In this document: in pieces, positions 1-12,845 of the stretch
How the letters are laid out: each line of letters starts with the position of its first letter
How positions within the stretch are numbered: the first letter of the stretch is position 1
Assembly (NCBI GenBank): GCA_030704615.1
Contig: CM060734.1
Coordinates: 45,818,001 to 45,882,000, forward strand
Direction: 5' to 3'
DNA: 64,000 nucleotides
Source of the DNA: Takakia lepidozioides
Lineage: Eukaryota > Plantae > Bryophyta
The notes under the pieces: generated by a model
Told to the model about the DNA's origin: nothing
Databases searched by the model: none
Seen by the model: the letters and a program-made list of their open reading frames with translations, nothing else
Translations under genes and position numbers: made by a program

Positions 1-3000
1 TTTGTGTTTGCAATACATGTGTGAGCCTTGGAAAAGGGGAAAGAGGTTCATGATGACATCGTCAAATCTGGAATTGTACCAGATGTCATTCTGAACACTG
101 CTCTAGTGGACATGTATGCCAAATGTGGGTGCATTAAGGATGCAAGGCAGTTTTCAACAATATGGCTGAACGAGATGTGGTGTCGTGGAGCGCGATGCTT
201 GCAGGGTATGCACAGCAGGGACGTGGGGTGGAGGCTGTGGAGACCTATGAGCAAATGATGGGGGAAGGGGTGAAGCCCAACCACATCACGTTTGTGTGTG
301 TTTGCAATGCGTGTGCAAGCCTGGCAGCTCTGGAAAAGGGCAAAGAGGCCCACTTCGACATTGTCAGAGCTGGAATTGTACCCGATGTCATTCTGAACAA
401 TGCCCTCGTGGACATGTATGCCAAATGTTGGAGCATCAAGGATGCAAAGGCAGTGTTCAACAATATGGTTGAATGAAATGTGGTGTCGTGGAATGCGATG
501 CTTGCAGGGTATGCACAGCAGGGGCGCGGGATGGAGGCTTTGGAGACGTGTGAGCAAATGATGGTGGAAGGGGTGAAGCCCGACCACATCAGGTCTGTGC
601 ATTTGCAAGCCTGGCAGCCCTGGAAAAGGGCAAAGTGGTGCATGGTTGCATCGCAAAAGCTGGAACTGTACCAGATGTGATTCTGAACAATACCCTTGTG
701 GATATGTATGCAAAATGTGGGTGCATCGAGGATGCGGAGGGAGTGTTTGACAGTATGGTTGAACGAGATTTGGTGTCGTGGAGTGCGATGATTGCAGGGT
801 ATGCATAGCAAGGGCGCGTGATGGAGTCTTTGGAAACCTATGAGCAAATGATGGGGGAAGGGGTGAAGCCCGACCACATCACGTTTGTTTCCGTTTGCAA
901 TGCCTGTGCAAGCCTGGCAGCCCTGGAAAGGGCAAAGAGGTCCATGGTGACATCGTCAAAGCTGGAATTGTACACTGCCCTGGTGAACATGTGCACCCTG
1001 TGACAAAGCAGGTGCACACTCACATTATCCTAAGTTGCTCAATTTGTATGGTGTTCAACTGTTGCGGGCATCACCTTAGTAGTTTTGGAGCGACTGTTCC
1101 CACTGATAGTCAGGTGTCCGAGGAACTGGAATCTCCAGTGAAATATTAACACATCTAATGTGCCCCATTTTTCAAATATGAAGATTTCCAGAGTTCCCAT
1201 GGGGTTAAGGCTTCATGAAGGCACTGCTAATGAAGGCCCTTCTTCAACACATTTCGCCCTGTTTTTCCCTCTAATCAGAATCGGCCCTAAATTTCCATGT
1301 TGAATTCTGCGAGTTAGCTGGTTGAGTGAATCTAGTTTGCAGTGACTTTGACATGATACTGCCAATGTGACAACAGGAAACTATCCAAAAACAGGTAACA
1401 GAGATGAAGAGAAGCTGTGGAATGAATACTCTCTGACCCCAGTCAATGGTGGGACAACCAAGGCAAAAGGTGAATGCCTGACAGATTACCAGATGTCATT
1501 CTGAACACTGCCCTGGTGGAAATGTATGTCAAATGTGCGTGCATCGAGGAAAGGGTGTGCTCGAAAGTATGGCTGAATGAGATGTGGTGTCGTGGAGTGC
1601 GATGATTGCAGGCTATGCACAACAAGGGTGCGGGATGGAGGCTTTGGAGACCTATGAGCAAATGATGTACGAAGGGGTGAAGCCCAACCACAGAACGTTT
1701 GTTTTTGCTTGCAATGCGTGTGCAAGCCTGGGAGCTCTGGAAAAGGGGAAAGAGGTCCATGGTGACATCGTCAAAGCTGGAATTGTACCAGATATCATCC
1801 TGAACACTGCCCTGGTGGACATGTATGCACGGGATGGAGGCTTTGGAGACCTATGAGCAAATGATGTGCGAAGGGGTGAAGCCCAACCACATAACGTTTG
1901 TTTTTGTTTGTAATGCGTGTGCAAGCCTGGGAGCTCTGGAAAAGGGGAAAGAGGTCCATGGTGACACTGTCAAAGCTGGAATTGAACCAGATGTCATCCT
2001 GAACACTGCCCTGGTGGACATGTATGCAAAATGTGCGTGCATTGAGGCTGGACTTGAGGGGGATGTCCCTGTGGGGACTGCCCTTGTCAGCATGTATCGC
2101 AGGTGTGAGAGTTTGACGGATGCCACCCGAGTATTTGACGTGCAATGCCCAAGCGAAATGGGCTCTCATGGACTGCTATGATTGCAGGATCTGCTCAGCA
2201 TGGTCATGGTCTTTTTAACTCTTTCAGCGCATGCAAAGAGAAGGCATGAAGGCAGATATTGTCTCCTTTATTAGTGTCCTCAACGCTTGTGCTGGCCCGG
2301 AGGCTTTAGAACGGGGCAAGCAGCTCCTTGCCAGCATCATCAAAGCTGAATTTGAGTCAGATGTTGGACTCGGGAATGCCCTTGTCAGTATGTATTGCAA
2401 GTGCAGGAGTGTGATGGATGCACTCAATGTGTTTGACAGAATGCCTAAGCGAGATGTGGTCTCATGGACTGCGATGATTGGAGGATGTGCACAGAGTGGT
2501 CATGGTGAGGAGGCTTTCAAACTCTTTCGACAAATGCAAAGAGAGGGTGTGAAGCATCCCTGGAACAGGGCAAGTGGGTCCATGCCTACATTATCAAATC
2601 TGTGTGTGAGTCAGATGTCTACGTCAGGAATGCCCTCATTGATTTGTATACCAAATGTGGGAGTGTAGAGGATGCACGGGAGGTGTTTGACAAAATTCTT
2701 AAACCAGATGTGGTCTCATGGACTGGATGATTATAGGATACGCTCAGCATGGGCGTGGTCACGAGGCTCTCCAACTGTTTGAACTGGTGTGAAGCCAAAT
2801 GAGGTCACATTTATTGGTGTTCTCTCTGCATGCAGCCATTTGGGCCTTGTAGATGAAGGTGGTCATTATTTTCAATCCATGTGTCAAGAGCATGGCATTA
2901 CACCAACAGAAAAGCACTACACCTGCATGGTTGACCTCCTTGGCCGTGCAGGGCGCTTGGATGAAGAAGATTTCATTGCCAACATGGCACTCAAACCAGG

Positions 3001-3470
3001 TGCTTCAGTGTGGGGGGCCTTGCTTGGTGCCTGCAGAATCGATGGAATTGTGGAGTTAGCAGAGTGTGCTGCAGAATGTATTTTCAAGGTGGAATCACAA
3101 GATGTATACATTTGCCGTTGGAGATAGATCTCACCCACAAGCAGAGGAGATCTATGATGCGTTAGAGAGATTGACTTGGCAGATTAAGGAGGCTGGATAT
3201 GTGCCTGAGACACGCTTTGTGTTGCGTGATGTGGATCAGCAGATGAAGGAACAGACTCTTTACCACCACAGCGAAAAGCTGGCCATAGCTTTTGGGCTCA
3301 TTAGCACACCCCCTAGGACCCCTATCCGCATCATTAAAAACCTATGTGTATGTGGGGAGTGCCGCACCAAGTTGATATCCAAAATTGTTGCACGAGAAAT
3401 TATTGCAAGGGATGCCATCTGCTTTCATCACTTCAACAATGGGGTGTGTTCTTGTGGGGACTACTGGTAA
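1..3470 (+). pseudogene. PLS-class PPR protein with E/DYW C-terminus (organellar C-to-U editing factor type); frameshifted and internally rearranged
   Basis: Repeated P-L-S motifs ([16 protein letters not shown] / GVKPNHITFVCVCNACASL / DVILNTALVDMYAKCG) in shifting frames with stops. E1 motif (HYTCMVDLLGRAGRLDE..WGALLGACRI). DYW tail (GDRSHP..HSEKLAIAFGL..CVCGEC..FHHFNNGVCSCGDYW*) ends at 3470. E2/PG-box is deleted. 5' end lies outside the window. Confidence 0.93.
1215..1495 (+). other. OSB-type PDF-motif fragment embedded in the PPR array
   Basis: With one frameshift reads RDEEKLWNEY(F)SDPSQWWDNQGK, matching the first half of the OSB PDF motif (LW..FF.NP..WWDNR..K). The same module occurs at 40.8-43.0 kb on the minus strand. 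Confidence 0.7.
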
Positions 3471-4007
3471 TAATCTCAGGGTAATACAGCAGCCAGAAAA
3501 CACTCCAGACAGATGTTTCACCTACCAAACTAAAAAATATCTTTCCCCAGGTATGTTACCCACCTTCTGGTAAGGCCTTAAAGTTCTCCCAAGGTTATTT
3601 CCCTTCATTTAATACGAGTTACCGCATATATATAAAGAAAAATCAACCTTGTCCGGTGTGGTATGATCTTCTCCCCCGTCCCATGAGCCTGGTGCTCGGT
3701 TAGTGATCCTGGGTTCAATCCTTCAACATGTGCCTTCAAACCGACCATTGGCCTCTAGATGGGCTGTGTTGAGCAGTAGGCTCTATAGATTCATTGGACA
3801 TTAAAGAAAATTTACCTTTATCTTTATGAAAGAGGTTATTTTCTCCTCAACCATAATGAAGGGCCTGATTTGTGAGAAGTAGCTTCCCGTATTTTCTTTT
3901 CATTTTTTCCTTTTCTTTCTTTTGAAAGTCTTAGGTGTCTACCTATGGTAATGCACCATGGGAATGACCCACTCCTTTTTGTGAAAATTGAACATAGGTC
4001 TTAGAAT

Positions 4008-4043
4008 CCGTCGCTAGTAGTGCGGAGCAAGGCGAAGCCCTAG
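4008..4043 (+). mobile_element. Possible Helitron-like 3' terminus
   Basis: cgtcgctagtagtgcggagcaaggcgaagccCTAG|t. A near-identical copy lies at 47393-47427. GC-rich subterminal segment followed by CTAG and T. Confidence 0.45.
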
Positions 4044-4068
4044 TAATATAACATAATAACCAAGAAGA

Positions 4069-4170
4069 CAACCAGCATGTAGCCTAGTGGTAATGGGTAC
4101 ATACCACGTTGGATGTGGTTGTGGGTTGAAACCACCGTCTGGTGTGTCATGAAGGTGTCCACCTTCCTGT
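4069..4170 (+). mobile_element. tRNA-derived SINE-like repeat
   Basis: A-box-like tagcctagtgg and degenerate B-box-like gggttgaaacc. Related copy at 47499-47660. Confidence 0.5.
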
Positions 4171-4274
4171 TATAAGAGGTAAAAAAATAAAAAAGAGTTG
4201 GACTAAAAATAAAAATAAAAATAAAAATAACCAAGAAGTGTAATCAAACATAACCCTATATAAAACACACACAC

Positions 4275-6080
4275 ACACACACACATATACTCATCGGCCT
4301 CATACATTCAGACCATCATCTTTGCTTGCAATGCCATTGAGCCCTTTGGCTTTTTTCTACCTGCACCAAAGCTCTCTCTTTCCTACAGCTCACATCTCTT
4401 CTACCAAGTATGCTGCCAAGTATTCTAACTCCAAGTTCCACAGCCATATATGTAGCAAAATATCTTTCTTCTATAAACTGTTTCAACTTCAAAGATTTGC
4501 ACCTGACATCACATCCTCCGACTCCAACCCTTCATGAAACCTTGAATGCGTTTGTGAGCCCATCCTTTCCTACACACTTCCGTTGGAGGGCTCATTTAGT
4601 TAGCACCATCGGTCCCTCACCTCGCGTCCACTCATACTCATTGCAGATTCACTCAAATACTTCAAATATAACTATCAAGGCACTACCATCGCTTTGTGTC
4701 CACGTTTACCATCGATCTGCACGAGGCCCACTGTGCAATCACCACAAGACTCCTCCATATTCCTCAACTTTCAGACAATACATTGATGTATTCTTGTGCT
4801 ATTGTGGATTTTTTTAAAATTTTGTTCGTTTGGGGGTACATATTGTCCATACGAGAAATAAGAAAAAACACAAAGGACAAATGTGAAAGGATAAAATTAA
4901 AGTGAACTAAATGTGATGGAATTGAAAGAACAGAATAGCTGTTCACAAAAAGATATTAGCGTCTTCAATGTGCGTGCCTGTGGCAGGGCCCATGTGTAGC
5001 AGAGAGGGTCGTGAAGGGTGGGAGCGGCTCTACCCTCATAGGGTCTCGAGCTGCTCAGTTTGCTGTTGGATCTGCCGCAGCTAGATCCGGGCAAGCAGGC
5101 CCACTTTGGTAGGTCTCAACCAAGGGGGCCATGACCTGCCTGCAAGCTCTGGTAATGCATAAACGATTAAACATTTCCAAGGTTTTTAGAAAGTAGTAGG
5201 TAATGTGATAGTTAAGAACGATGAGCAATATGTATGAGGTTTGGTCTTCAATTCTTATCAAGTGGTAATGTGTGTCATTAATTAAATATTTTTTATACTT
5301 GTTCTTTCTGAAGTCTTTGTTCTTCTACGGCGTCGGACCCTGCTGTAGACTTTGGACTGAATTGCAAAGTGGACCCTCCAGCGTACTCTCCGAAGTGGAC
5401 TGGATTGGACAGTGGACCCTCTCTGGCCAAGAGGGATGCATGTTGCATGCAGTTGAAAAGGTGACTATTGTCAAGGAGCCACACGCGAGACCACACGGCA
5501 ATCGTGCCAAGAAAAAAAATGGATTCTTTACACGGTCGATGGAAAACGTGGACTAGGCCAAAGTGACGACAGTGCCTCGATAGTTTTGCTTGAAGAATTG
5601 GAATGGATTTACTATGAGTATTCAGGAATACCAAGAATGTGGTGGCGATTGCATGGTGGGGCCATCCTGCCCCTGCATGGCAAGGGGGATGCATGTTGCA
5701 TGTAGTTGCAAAAGGTGACTATTGCCAAAGGAATCACACAACAATAGTGCAAAAAAAAATGCTCTACGGGGAAAACGTGGACTAGGCCAAAGTGATGATA
5801 GTGCCTCGACAGTTTTGTTTGAAGAATTGGAGTGAATTTTCCATAAGTATGAGAGGACGTGAGGAGAAGACCAATGGTGCCACTAAAGGAGCCCTTTTCT
5901 AGAAGAAAATTGTTCGCTACATTTATGGCTGTGGAACTTGTAGTTGAATACTTGACAGTATACTTGGTGGAAGAGATGAGAGCTCTAGTGAAGAGAGAGC
6001 TTTGGTGCAGGTACAAGAAGCCAGAGGACTCAAAGGCTCTGCAACCTGAATGTATGAGGGTGATGACTATATATATACAC
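4275..6080. repeat. ~200 bp inverted repeat pair (4275-4475 / 5900-6080) enclosing a direct repeat (5432-5610 / 5686-5845); foldback or MITE-like
   Basis: cctgcaccaaagctctctct..caagttccacagccata is mirrored by tatggctgtggaacttg..agagagagctttggtgcagg. The internal block gggatgcatgttgcat..aaacgtggactaggccaaagtga occurs twice. Confidence 0.65.
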
Positions 6081-9000
6081 ACACACATGTTTTATATATG
6101 ATTATATTTGATTCACATAATAAATGTGATGGAATTGAAGAGAACTGAATATGTAATGGAACTGAAGTAGACACCATAATTTAACTTCCTTTGGGAGCTG
6201 TCGTTGTTTTATTTTTTGTTTTTTGTTTTTTTTCCCTGGAACCGATCGTAGGGAATTGAATATAATGAAACTGGAAGGATAACTGATGGGAACTCAATGT
6301 GATAGAACTAAAGGGGTAGGTCTAAATGAATTGCATATAGTGACACTCAATGTGATAGACTAAAGGGATAGATGTAAATAAAATGAATATAATGGAAATG
6401 TGATAGAAGTCAACTGAATATACCTAATGTAATTGAATGGAACTATGATAGCACTCAGCAGAAGGATGAATATGCACCCCAACATGAAAAGAACAAATCT
6501 GCCAAGGGGAAACAACCAAACAACATTCAACAGCTTGTCTCTACATCGAGGAGAAGGACGGATGGTGGTGGCATGTGTATGTGGGCCCAACATGGCCATG
6601 ATGCAAATTGCATGCAAGGCCTATTTGGTGGCTGCATGCCCTACAACCTTCTACAATATGGTGATGCTGCAGTGTGTGAGAGCGGGGAGTTGGAGGCATT
6701 GGCTGGTGGCAGACTCAAGAGGTCAGAGGTGAGGGTGAGGGTGGGAGGTGAGTAGCCAGGAGAGAGGTCTAGGTGTGGTACACTGCAGCTACAGAGAGAG
6801 GAGAAATTAGAATGACTAAAACAAGCCTATCGATTTGATGACGCTATCCAGAATGAAAGGTCCAATTGACACTAATGTTTTTGTCTAGTGAGTGACTGCT
6901 CCCACTTTAGATGATCTCCTATTATGACTGCTCCCACCAGGCTGTACAGAGCGCTTACACAAATGTAAGGCGCCTACATGCCATTGCGTGAATATCTGCC
7001 CCAAACACCCCAAAAATCAAATCAGCTAGAGGCGAGCCGCCGCTTAAGCGCCTGACCGAATAGAAGTGGCAGCGTGCATTCTAGCCCAAGTGGTAAATGG
7101 TATGGGCCCCACTTGGCCGCCAAGTGCCGCTGTGTGGGCACATAATTCTGGAAACTTCTAAAGTCCAGAACCTTCTATAGGGGTCCGCTGGAACACATCT
7201 GCACTAGCCACTTTTCATTCTGGAGAACTCCGAATATGTACCCCAATCGTTCAAAAAATAAAATGAAGCAAAGGGCCAAGACATCTAGCACGCTCTCTGA
7301 ATTAGCATGGCTATTTGCATGGGGCCCACATGGCTATTGCAACTGGTTATTGGATGTGGGCCCACATGGAGTGCATGCAATAGCCAAACGAAGGCTCTTG
7401 AAGGCGGTAGAATGCACCAAGTGCCGTCTACGGCAACTGGCTAGCCAAGAGAAAGTGGTGTGAGAGAGTGCCTAGGAGGACAAGGAGGGACTCCGGAGTT
7501 GGAGGCAAGGGCTAGCGGCACTCCGGCAAAAGGAGCAGAATAGAGGCATTCCTGAGCACTACGGCTATACTCTGAGGTGAAAGGAGCACTCCTGCATAGG
7601 AGCATAACACAGGCCTAGGTCAACAATATGGTGGTACTGTCGACGGGGTACTAGTGGGTGGGGTGGAGGGACTTGAGTGGACGGAGCGGTGGTAATTGTT
7701 AAGGTGGATGGCTTTGCATCCTTCCGTATTTCATTTTACTGGCATGTCACTGTGATATTTGTTTTTATGTGTGAGGATCTGAATGGGTGTGCAGGATCAG
7801 CAAGATGTAAAACTATTTTATATTTATCCCAATTGTTCAAAACTATCTTGTATAAATTCCTCATGAGTTATACATTGGGACATATTTTTTTATGTCAAAC
7901 TATATGGATTATGACTATGATTTTTCTGCTCAAAATTACATCTCCAACAGAATTTTTATACTACATTATGACGTAGTATGCCTCTACATCGATTTTACAA
8001 AGGATTCGAGGTGAATAATTTGTACCTCCAGCACAAAGGGAACGGTCAATAAGAGTGAATAAGTGCCCTAGAAATACAAACAAAATTTTGGACCGGTAAT
8101 AAGCAATCGGCACTCAATAGATGGATGAAAGGGTGGCAATTACGAATGAAATTCTTGGGAGCCGGATAATGGAAATGTGTAAAAAATGGTGAAGGGTAGA
8201 ATCTCCCAAAGTAAGTAGTAGCTGGGGAAGGTACATCAGGAGAAAAGCACCAATGCCTACTCTCTCTTTACGAAGAGCCAACAATAAAGTAAATAAATAC
8301 AAATAAATAAATAAAGTAAACAGTGTGCAAAAGACAGGAGCCTACCTACCCGGGGATTGCTCAGCTGCCATCTGGCCTCTTCCCGGCCCACCTGCTTTAC
8401 GACCGCCAGGTGGCGGTCGCAATGCAGGGATCCCGAATTGTGCGGGCATGACTCATCCAACACGTCACTACTTCGTTCGTATTTCATCCGTGCTTACCCG
8501 CAACAGACTAATCAGAAGGAGACAATGCCCAGAGTTAGTGTGTTTGACAGAGGGTGACGTGTATTAATAGGTGACGTGTATTAAGTTAGTGACTCTATCA
8601 GTGTCGTGTTAATAGTGTGGCTTGTGCTCGAGGTGGGTGGGCTATGGCGGAGCAGGATGGGGATCGTCCTCGTCAGATTGCCTTGCGGGTTTGGAGCAAG
8701 ACTGGCATTTGGCGGTTGTCAGATTCTCGCTTTTGACTCGGACTTGGGACCAGGTACTGTCTCCTCTCCAGTTCAAGCTCCTCTTCGATTGTGTTTAGGC
8801 ATCACTCTGTTTTCTGCAGGCTTTTCTTTCTTCAGTCTCTCGCTGGAATCATAGCGAAAATTCACGAGGACCCGACTTGTTTCTTTTATGTTCTAGTCTT
8901 ATCCTCTCTTCTGTCTTTTCTAAGAGACTCTTTCAGCTGAATTCTGTGTAATATGAGTGGGCCCTACCAAGGTCAAAGCAGGTTTTCTGCTTTGGTCGAA

Positions 9001-9894
9001 GCTCATCATCGTTAACATGGAGCATCCAAATCTTTGTCACTGAGATTCTGTGTGTTTGTGTCAGCTAAAATTTACCATTGGCACTTCGGTTCCGTGCTCT
9101 TCTCTTTCTCTTTCTCGCCCTTTCTGTTCCCCTTGGCCCCTCCACCTCCTTCCTGGCTCGGTTTGTTCAATGGATATCTATCCTCGCAGTGAAACCACCA
9201 GGTCGTTGGAGCATTGACAAGTTTGAACTGGGAGAGTTTGGAGAATGCGATGATCATGAGATGGTAGGAAGGTACGCAGGCTGTTCTCTTCCCTGTTCAT
9301 GTGAGTTGTGATGATCAGCTACGTCCACCAACTAAAGAATCGAATTTACTGCACACCCTGTTTGGTTCTCCTCTCCGTTTGGATGAAGCTCTCGCTGTTT
9401 GATGAAGCTCTCTTGGTGTCCAGTGAATCAGAAATTTATTTAGAAGGGCATACCAATGGTGCTGTCAAACATGACGGTCTTCTGTTGAGAGTATCCTCTA
9501 CATTCTGTCGTGAGAAGCTTAGGCCATCTCTGTGGCGTACTGTACTGTTTTCCTCTCCTTAGTGGTATGCCAGGTGAGCTGGGGGTAGGAAAATTGAGTC
9601 TGCCTCGATCCACACAGGTTAGTGACATACATTGAAATATGGGAAATTCTTGCATGTCTGGAGTGAAGAGGCGTGCACTTGTGCCCGGGGCTTAGTAGAG
9701 GTGTTCTGTCTTCTGCAGACATGCCAGAGTCTTCCTTTGCTTCCACCTCATGTGGGAAGAACACTATCTGAAGAAGACAGATCCAGTGCTTTTATGCCCA
9801 CTTTATGTATGTCTCGTCTTAAAATTGATACTTTTTCTGTTTCAGAAGAGACATACGTCAGGTGGATGAAACAGCACAGAGGGAACGAACAAGG

Positions 9895-11034
9895 ATGTCT
9901 CAAATGCGAGTGAAGTCTTCCAACTCTGGCCACCGGGGGTCTTTCATGGCAGCACCCTACATGAGACGCATGCAGAGGATGAGTTCCATGCTTCAACAGC
10001 AGCACTATGTGATGGTGGATAGGCTGCGGATCCCTCTCACTTTGCTGCGGAAGCATTACCAGGTAGGATTGCATCATGGAGTTATGCTATTCAGCACGTG
10101 ACTCTCCCTGAGATTTTCCAAAGAGGATGGTAAATCAAGGGGACAGTGGACTTTCTCTTGGAGAAACAAGTGGTGCCTTCCAGAATGTGTCAAAATGGAA
10201 GGAGGATATGTGTGATATGCTATGCTATGGACACATCGACCAATAAATCTGCCTAAATTCTTAACTCTGTGTAGCTAAAGTGACCTTTGAATGTGAGGAC
10301 AGCTTCTAGGCAGAAAGAAGAAAGGAAGAGAGAATAACATCCATCGATTTACAGAGCATACCATAGAAGAGAAGATGTGGTTCCACATTGTCAAAGTACC
10401 TATGCACTGGCTGCAGTTTGTTCATTTTTGAAGTTGTCCATGCTTCAGTGCTGTCATGTTGCCAAAATCAGTACATACCAGTCATGACACAAATGGTCCT
10501 TTGCGTTGCCAACAGGTCCTCTCAGGGATGAATTAGTGGTGCAAACCTGGAGAGATGAGCCTGTCTCTCTACCAGCCTCTTTTCATCACTTTTTTTTCTC
10601 ATAGTGAGGGTTGATTTTCATGATGTCTACTCTAAATCACATTAACTGCTTGATTGGTTATGTGAAACCAGGCAGCGATGTCATACTTCCGGAAGTTTGC
10701 AAGCCAGCCCCTACTTCTCTATACGGTCTTCTGGACACTGATGCTAGGGGCTACGGTGGCAGTAGCTGCATTGAGTTTGGAGATGGGATTCAGCTCCAGC
10801 GTTTCTCCATCCATGGAACTTGCACAGGCTTGTTCGTTGCCAAGCAACAAGGCCTTACCATCTTGTAGGCAGTGTTTCGTGTTGCCACTGGATGGTGCAC
10901 ATGATGGATTATGTGTTCCAGCTATACTCTTCAAGAAGTCAAGGATGGATTTTGCAGTGCCCCCCATTTTCGCTGGCCTAGTCGTGGCAGCATCGGCATT
11001 GTTTGTTCAAGGCATTGGCTTGTGGAATCATTAA
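9895..11034 (+). CDS. MEE60-like small membrane protein; probable join(9895..10062,10672..11034)
   Basis: ORF 10678-11034 (PLLLYTVFWT..C..C..LPLDG..LCVPA.LFKKS.MDFAVPPIFAGLVVAAS) resembles the Arabidopsis MEE60 family. The upstream exon ends CAG|gtagg and splices in frame to ag|GCAGCGATG. The first exon is inferred. Confidence 0.72.
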
Positions 11035-11666
11035 CAATTTTGGGAAATTGCCAGGCGCAGATTCTACATTTCATGGAATCCATAACATAGCAGGACAGAG
11101 ACACTGTAGATGCAGTGCCCTACATCTGTGTTTAATTAAGTGGTAAAGAAGGCCCTTCAATCTCAGAAGTATGATAGTCCGGATTTGAGGTTGCTCGGGA
11201 TTGCAGCCAAGATTTATAGCACTACTGGACATTGAGCTTAGGTCAATAATCATTTGGCTGGAAGATGGAAGATATCTTCCTGTGTAAGATATGCAAGGGT
11301 GTAGAGCACTTCCTAGCTCTCTACGAATGCGACAACAACTGCTTGTCAGGCATGTGAAACTCATATTTGATTGAATATTGAAGTCTTGGGGAATCTTTTC
11401 TGTTTGCAGTAAGAGAGCAAAGCTGCACAGAAGGTAACAAGCTTCTTGAAGCCTGTGTCTGAAAACTACAAACCAAAAAAGGTGAGAAGATAAAATAAAA
11501 CACTTCCTCTCTGCTGTGGATGAGACTGCCCATCGCCCACCACATCATATTCATCCACGTAAGGTCGCGGGCTGACGGATGGCAACCCCCAAAACCCTAT
11601 TGTCATCCTTCTACCCAGTTTTATGTTCATCCATCCACTGTCGTCTTCCTCGCATATTCCACGAAG

Positions 11667-11671
<5 letters not shown>

Positions 11672-11710
<39 letters not shown>
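11672..11710 (+). repeat. (GA)n microsatellite in the CAND2 5' region
   Basis: About 19 perfect AG units. Confidence 0.95.
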
Positions 11711-11714
<4 letters not shown>

Positions 11715-11912
11715 AAGAGAAGGAAAGAAGAAATTTGCTCGACCTCTTCTGCCTGCTCAAAGAATTTAACCGTGTTTCTGGACAGAAGTCTGAGCCTGGA
11801 GAGGATTATGCAGTGCTATATTCGATGGTTGGAGTGGATGGTGCACCGTGTGTTGAGTTGAAGCAGTTGAAGCTGGGATTCTAGGGTTCGGTGCACGCGC
11901 ACTTTGAACGGA

Positions 11913-12845
11913 ATGGAAACAATAGGAGGCTTGCTGAATGAGACCTTATTGACGCCGTTACCATCGTCAGTTTGGAAGGAGGAGTCTGCAAGAGATCCTC
12001 CACTATGTCTCAGGATGATAAGGCCTCCACAGGCACAGGGGATACAAGAATTGCTGTACGATGTGGTGCTGGCTTCACCGGCCTTGCTTTTTCTGATTTT
12101 CTTGCTTACAAGATTACGATCAAGTGTGAGAAAGCTGGGTCAGAGCCGCTCGCATATTATGTCCACTTATTACACTTTCCTATGGGTCATCTGTATACTG
12201 AATATTGTATGGTCCGTACTCGAGATGCAGCAGGCGAGGAGACCTGATCAAGAGACAGCCTGGAATATTATGTCACTGGTGACAAGGTTTGGCTTGGTGC
12301 TGCTGGAAGTCAGTGTGGTGGTGTTTTTATCCCAGGGTTATCTCATCAGTGGGTGGGATGCTCTGTTGCGCACACTCCTATTTTCTGGGCTTTTTGCTGC
12401 GGCCGATGCCCTGGTGGAGGCAGTATGTGTATTCGGTCTCGGAATCTCGTTATTTGTCACACAAGATGATGCGGGAGACTGGCACAAATGGGGCTTTTGG
12501 ATGATGCATAATGCTCTCTTCACCATAGTATATCTCGTCATTTTGATTCTGCCGTACACGAGATGGCGGGATCGACTACCTGCGCGACCGTCATTTTATC
12601 GCTACGTCCTCATTCTGTTTGTCCTTAATACCCTATCCGGCTTTGGCAGCGCTCTCCTTGGACTTGGGGCTGATTTTGGTTTTTGTGTCTACGGCTTCGC
12701 CAGCTTTGCTTACTATGCATTATATCCACCTCTCCTATACACCACCTTCCTCGCGGACTTCTTACGGGAGGAAGACATGCAAATGGAGGATGCGTATTAC
12801 TCAGAAATGAAGGATGCAGGTTATTTTGATGCTGACTGGGAATAA
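11913..12845 (+). CDS. CAND2: CAND2/PMTR1-like 7TM protein (TPRA1/TMEM family), intronless CDS
   Basis: Seven hydrophobic segments. Family motifs LLEVSVVVFL.QG, RWRDRLPARPSFYRY and C-terminal YYSEMKDAGYFDADWE. First ATG at 11913. Confidence 0.9.
   Translation: METIGGLLNETLLTPLPSSVWKEESARDPPLCLRMIRPPQAQGIQELLYDVVLASPALLFLIFLLTRLRSSVRKLGQSRSHIMSTYYTFLWVICILNIVWSVLEMQQARRPDQETAWNIMSLVTRFGLVLLEVSVVVFLSQGYLISGWDALLRTLLFSGLFAAADALVEAVCVFGLGISLFVTQDDAGDWHKWGFWMMHNALFTIVYLVILILPYTRWRDRLPARPSFYRYVLILFVLNTLSGFGSALLGLGADFGFCVYGFASFAYYALYPPLLYTTFLADFLREEDMQMEDAYYSEMKDAGYFDADWE

Noticed and set aside
48-2427. Long minus-strand ORFs over the PPR region (also antisense ORFs over AMT1 and MDR)
   Set aside because: They are antisense shadows of repetitive or coding sequence with no independent motifs.
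3066-3470. Stand-alone functional DYW deaminase
   Set aside because: The ORF start is an artefact of a frameshift. The PG box is missing and residues after CxxC are deleted, so it is part of the pseudogene.
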